A stretch of DNA of 64,000 nucleotides from the IMG/VR virus record IMGVR_UViG_3300025916_000008, positions 40,845-104,844 of that record; one strand, given 5' to 3'. The translations under genes were made by a program, and so were the position numbers. This stretch comes from a virus. Lineage: Duplodnaviria > Heunggongvirae > Uroviricota > Caudoviricetes. Positions 62,130-64,000 of this stretch are shown here, one piece after another (position 1 is the first letter of the stretch; every line of letters begins with the position of its first letter). The notes under the pieces were generated by a model. It saw only the letters and a program-made list of their open reading frames with translations. It was not told where the DNA came from and made no database searches.

Positions 62130-63994
62130 GATGCTTCCGGGGGCAGCCGCCTCACCAGGTCCTCTGCGTCCTGCGCGGCCCTGGACGCCTGGGCTGCCAG
62201 GTCGTGCACCGCGTCGCGCACCGCCGGGTGCAGCGGCATCTCCGACAGCATCTCCGACATGGCCGCCAGGCCGTCGCGGAGGGCCAGGAACAGGTAGGGC
62301 AGCGCCCGTGCCATGCCGGCCGCGTCCCCGGGCTCCTCAGGCTCCCAGGCGGCCAGCAGGTCGCGCACGTCGGCCGCCGCGCCCAGGGCAGGCGGCGGGG
62401 CCACGTCGTAGACCGGGATCAGGGCGGCCCTGGGCGCGGCGAAGTGGGAGACCACCGGGTGGGAGCCGAACACCGGGTCGTGCCCCTCGGGGTAGTCGTG
62501 CTGGTGCTCTGCCCACTCGCTGTCGTGCATGCTGGCGTGCAGCTCGCTCGGGCTGCCGCCGTACCCGGCCGAGGATGACCCGTGCTGGGTCCTGATGTGC
62601 TCCTCCAGCTCCTCGCGGGAGCGCGGCGGGGCGGCGTAGGGGACGTGCTGCCAGGTGGCGGCGGTGCCGGCGTCCACGCCGTGCTCGTTGGGCGGCTGCT
62701 GGAAGCCCATCTGCGGCTCCCACTGCGGGTGCCCGGCGGGCATCGTGTACTGGCGGCGCGGCGGCACGACGGGAGCCCGGTTCACCCCGTGGACCTCCTC
62801 GTCGGGGTGCTCCTCCTCGTGCATGTCCTGCGCGTGGTCCTCGTCCTCGGCGTGGTAGACGCGGGTGTGCTGGCCCCCTTCGTCGTCGTGCGAGTGCACC
62901 TCGAAGTGGTGCTCCGGGTCGCCCTCCCGCAGCTCCTCCGCGTCGGGTCCCTGGTAGCCCTGGTGGCCGGGCAGGTGGCCCTCCGGGTCCATCACCGTGT
63001 AGAGGTGATGGTCGAGGTACCGGCGGTTCTGCTCGTGGTCGCGCTCGTGCTCCGCCTCCAGGTCGGGCTCGTCGTGCCGCAGCTCGTTGATGTCGTACCC
63101 GTGGTGCTCCACCAGGTGGTGCTCGGCGTCGAAGTCGGTTCGCGGCCCCCAGTGCATCGTGACGTACTGGCCGTGCGGGGTGTGGCGGTAGCTGCCTGTG
63201 TCGGGGAGGGTGTGCTCCCCGTGGTGCTGCTCGTGCGCCTCCTCCAGGGCCTGGGCGTAGGGGTCGTGTCCGTGGGTGTACGTCGGCAGCTCGTACTCCG
63301 GCATCGCGTGCTGGGGGAAGCCGTGGTCCTCCCGCAGGTGGCGCTCGGCGTCGGCGAAGTCGACGCTCCTCCCGTGGAAGTGCGCCGAGCCGTTCTCCCG
63401 GTGCTCGGCTACCGCGTCGTCGTGCGCCTGCCGCTCCTCGTTCTCCGCCTGCCACTCGGGGTGGTGGGCGGTGTCGGACAGCATCCGCTTGTGGTCGGCC
63501 CACCCGGCGGGAGCGCCGTGCTGCTCGGCCGAGCGGGCGCGCTCGTCCTCCTGCTCGTGCACCCGGCGGTGCAGTGCGTCCATGCCAGCGTAGAGCTGCC
63601 GGTCATGGTGCGGGTGGTCCCACGGCACTGAGTCGCGCACCTCCTGGAGGCCGCGCCGTACCCCGCCGCTGCCGGCGTGGAACCCGGTGAGGTGCTCCTC
63701 CAGCGAGTTCAGGCGCGGCTGGGTGTTTTCCCGGTCCAGGCCCCGGTAGAAGTCGAAGTGCCCCGGCGGCTGGTGCTCCCCGCGTTCCTCGAAGTGCGCG
63801 ACCACGGCTGCTGTCACCTGGGTTCCCTCCTCGTCGTCCGGCACGCGGCGGATGACCCGCAGCGGATGCTCCGACTTCCACTCGTCGCCGTTGTAGCCCA
63901 TCGTCACGTCGCCGGTCGGCTCTACCTCGTACACGTGCCCCCCGGCGTCACGGGCGTACGTCCGTGCACCTGCCAGGCTCGTCGTGAAGTGCAC
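62102..63994 (-). CDS. His/Asp/Glu-rich large protein, 5' end beyond window (partial)
   Basis: ORF open to the window edge; its N-terminal HVYEVEPTGD...HPLRV matches the end of the third ART-like module of the giant protein. Confidence 0.5.
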   Translation of the reverse strand: MHFTTSLAGARTYARDAGGHVYEVEPTGDVTMGYNGDEWKSEHPLRVIRRVPDDEEGTQVTAAVVAHFEERGEHQPPGHFDFYRGLDRENTQPRLNSLEEHLTGFHAGSGGVRRGLQEVRDSVPWDHPHHDRQLYAGMDALHRRVHEQEDERARSAEQHGAPAGWADHKRMLSDTAHHPEWQAENEERQAHDDAVAEHRENGSAHFHGRSVDFADAERHLREDHGFPQHAMPEYELPTYTHGHDPYAQALEEAHEQHHGEHTLPDTGSYRHTPHGQYVTMHWGPRTDFDAEHHLVEHHGYDINELRHDEPDLEAEHERDHEQNRRYLDHHLYTVMDPEGHLPGHQGYQGPDAEELREGDPEHHFEVHSHDDEGGQHTRVYHAEDEDHAQDMHEEEHPDEEVHGVNRAPVVPPRRQYTMPAGHPQWEPQMGFQQPPNEHGVDAGTAATWQHVPYAAPPRSREELEEHIRTQHGSSSAGYGGSPSELHASMHDSEWAEHQHDYPEGHDPVFGSHPVVSHFAAPRAALIPVYDVAPPPALGAAADVRDLLAAWEPEEPGDAAGMARALPYLFLALRDGLAAMSEMLSEMPLHPAVRDAVHDLAAQASRAAQDAEDLVRRLPPEASCEDHRPNR

Positions 63995-64000
63995 CCGCTG

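Noticed and set aside
1-64000. tRNA genes, CRISPR arrays, integrase or attachment site
   Set aside because: Intergenic spacers are almost all under 130 nt and none shows a tRNA-like cloverleaf or TPsiC motif. There are no short direct repeats with unique spacers and no tyrosine or serine recombinase motifs.

Overview
This 64-kb window is high-GC (about 70%) and very gene-dense. It reads as part of an actinobacteriophage or prophage genome, probably Streptomyces-type, judged from content and gene organisation only. No tRNA, rRNA, CRISPR array, integrase or transposase was detected.

The window splits into three transcription blocks:
1. Leftward block 79-15832. It holds large virion- or structural-module-like genes: a 1245-aa acidic/His-rich protein with a SWIM-type Zn finger, a 1190-aa fibre-like protein with about 25 tandem 19-aa repeats, a 758-aa protein, and four tandem paralogs plus a Zn-ribbon relative. 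A small rightward four-gene cassette sits at 4435-5672.
2. Rightward block 15891-48140. It holds about 75 mostly small genes chained by GTGA/ATGA start-stop overlaps. Recognisable products are a WhiB-like regulator, an HNH endonuclease, a ParB-like nuclease domain protein, a GNAT acetyltransferase, a MazG-like pyrophosphohydrolase, a C5-methyltransferase-like protein, a HAD-like phosphatase motif protein, an SPFH/band-7-like protein, a DUF2786-like protein, a winged-HTH regulator, a lipoprotein and several Zn-ribbon and membrane proteins.
3. Leftward block 48229-64000. It holds a family-4 uracil-DNA glycosylase, His/Asp-rich paralogous large proteins, and an 1825-aa polyvalent giant protein. 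The giant protein carries an HExxH zincin motif, two 2H-phosphoesterase (H-x-T-x) domains, three ART-fold-like [FWY]HG[ST] modules and a possible pol-beta-type nucleotidyltransferase motif.

The most striking non-coding signal is a 19-bp motif, AATACAGCTTTTCTTGATA. It occurs in 16 copies, almost all in intergenic gaps, usually 35-55 nt upstream of a start codon. Copies are often preceded by a GC-rich terminator hairpin and followed by a conserved leader carrying the Shine-Dalgarno sequence.

Start coordinates were derived from the ORF track by residue arithmetic plus coupling and SD logic. No database search was possible, so all functional calls rest on motifs I could read in the translations.
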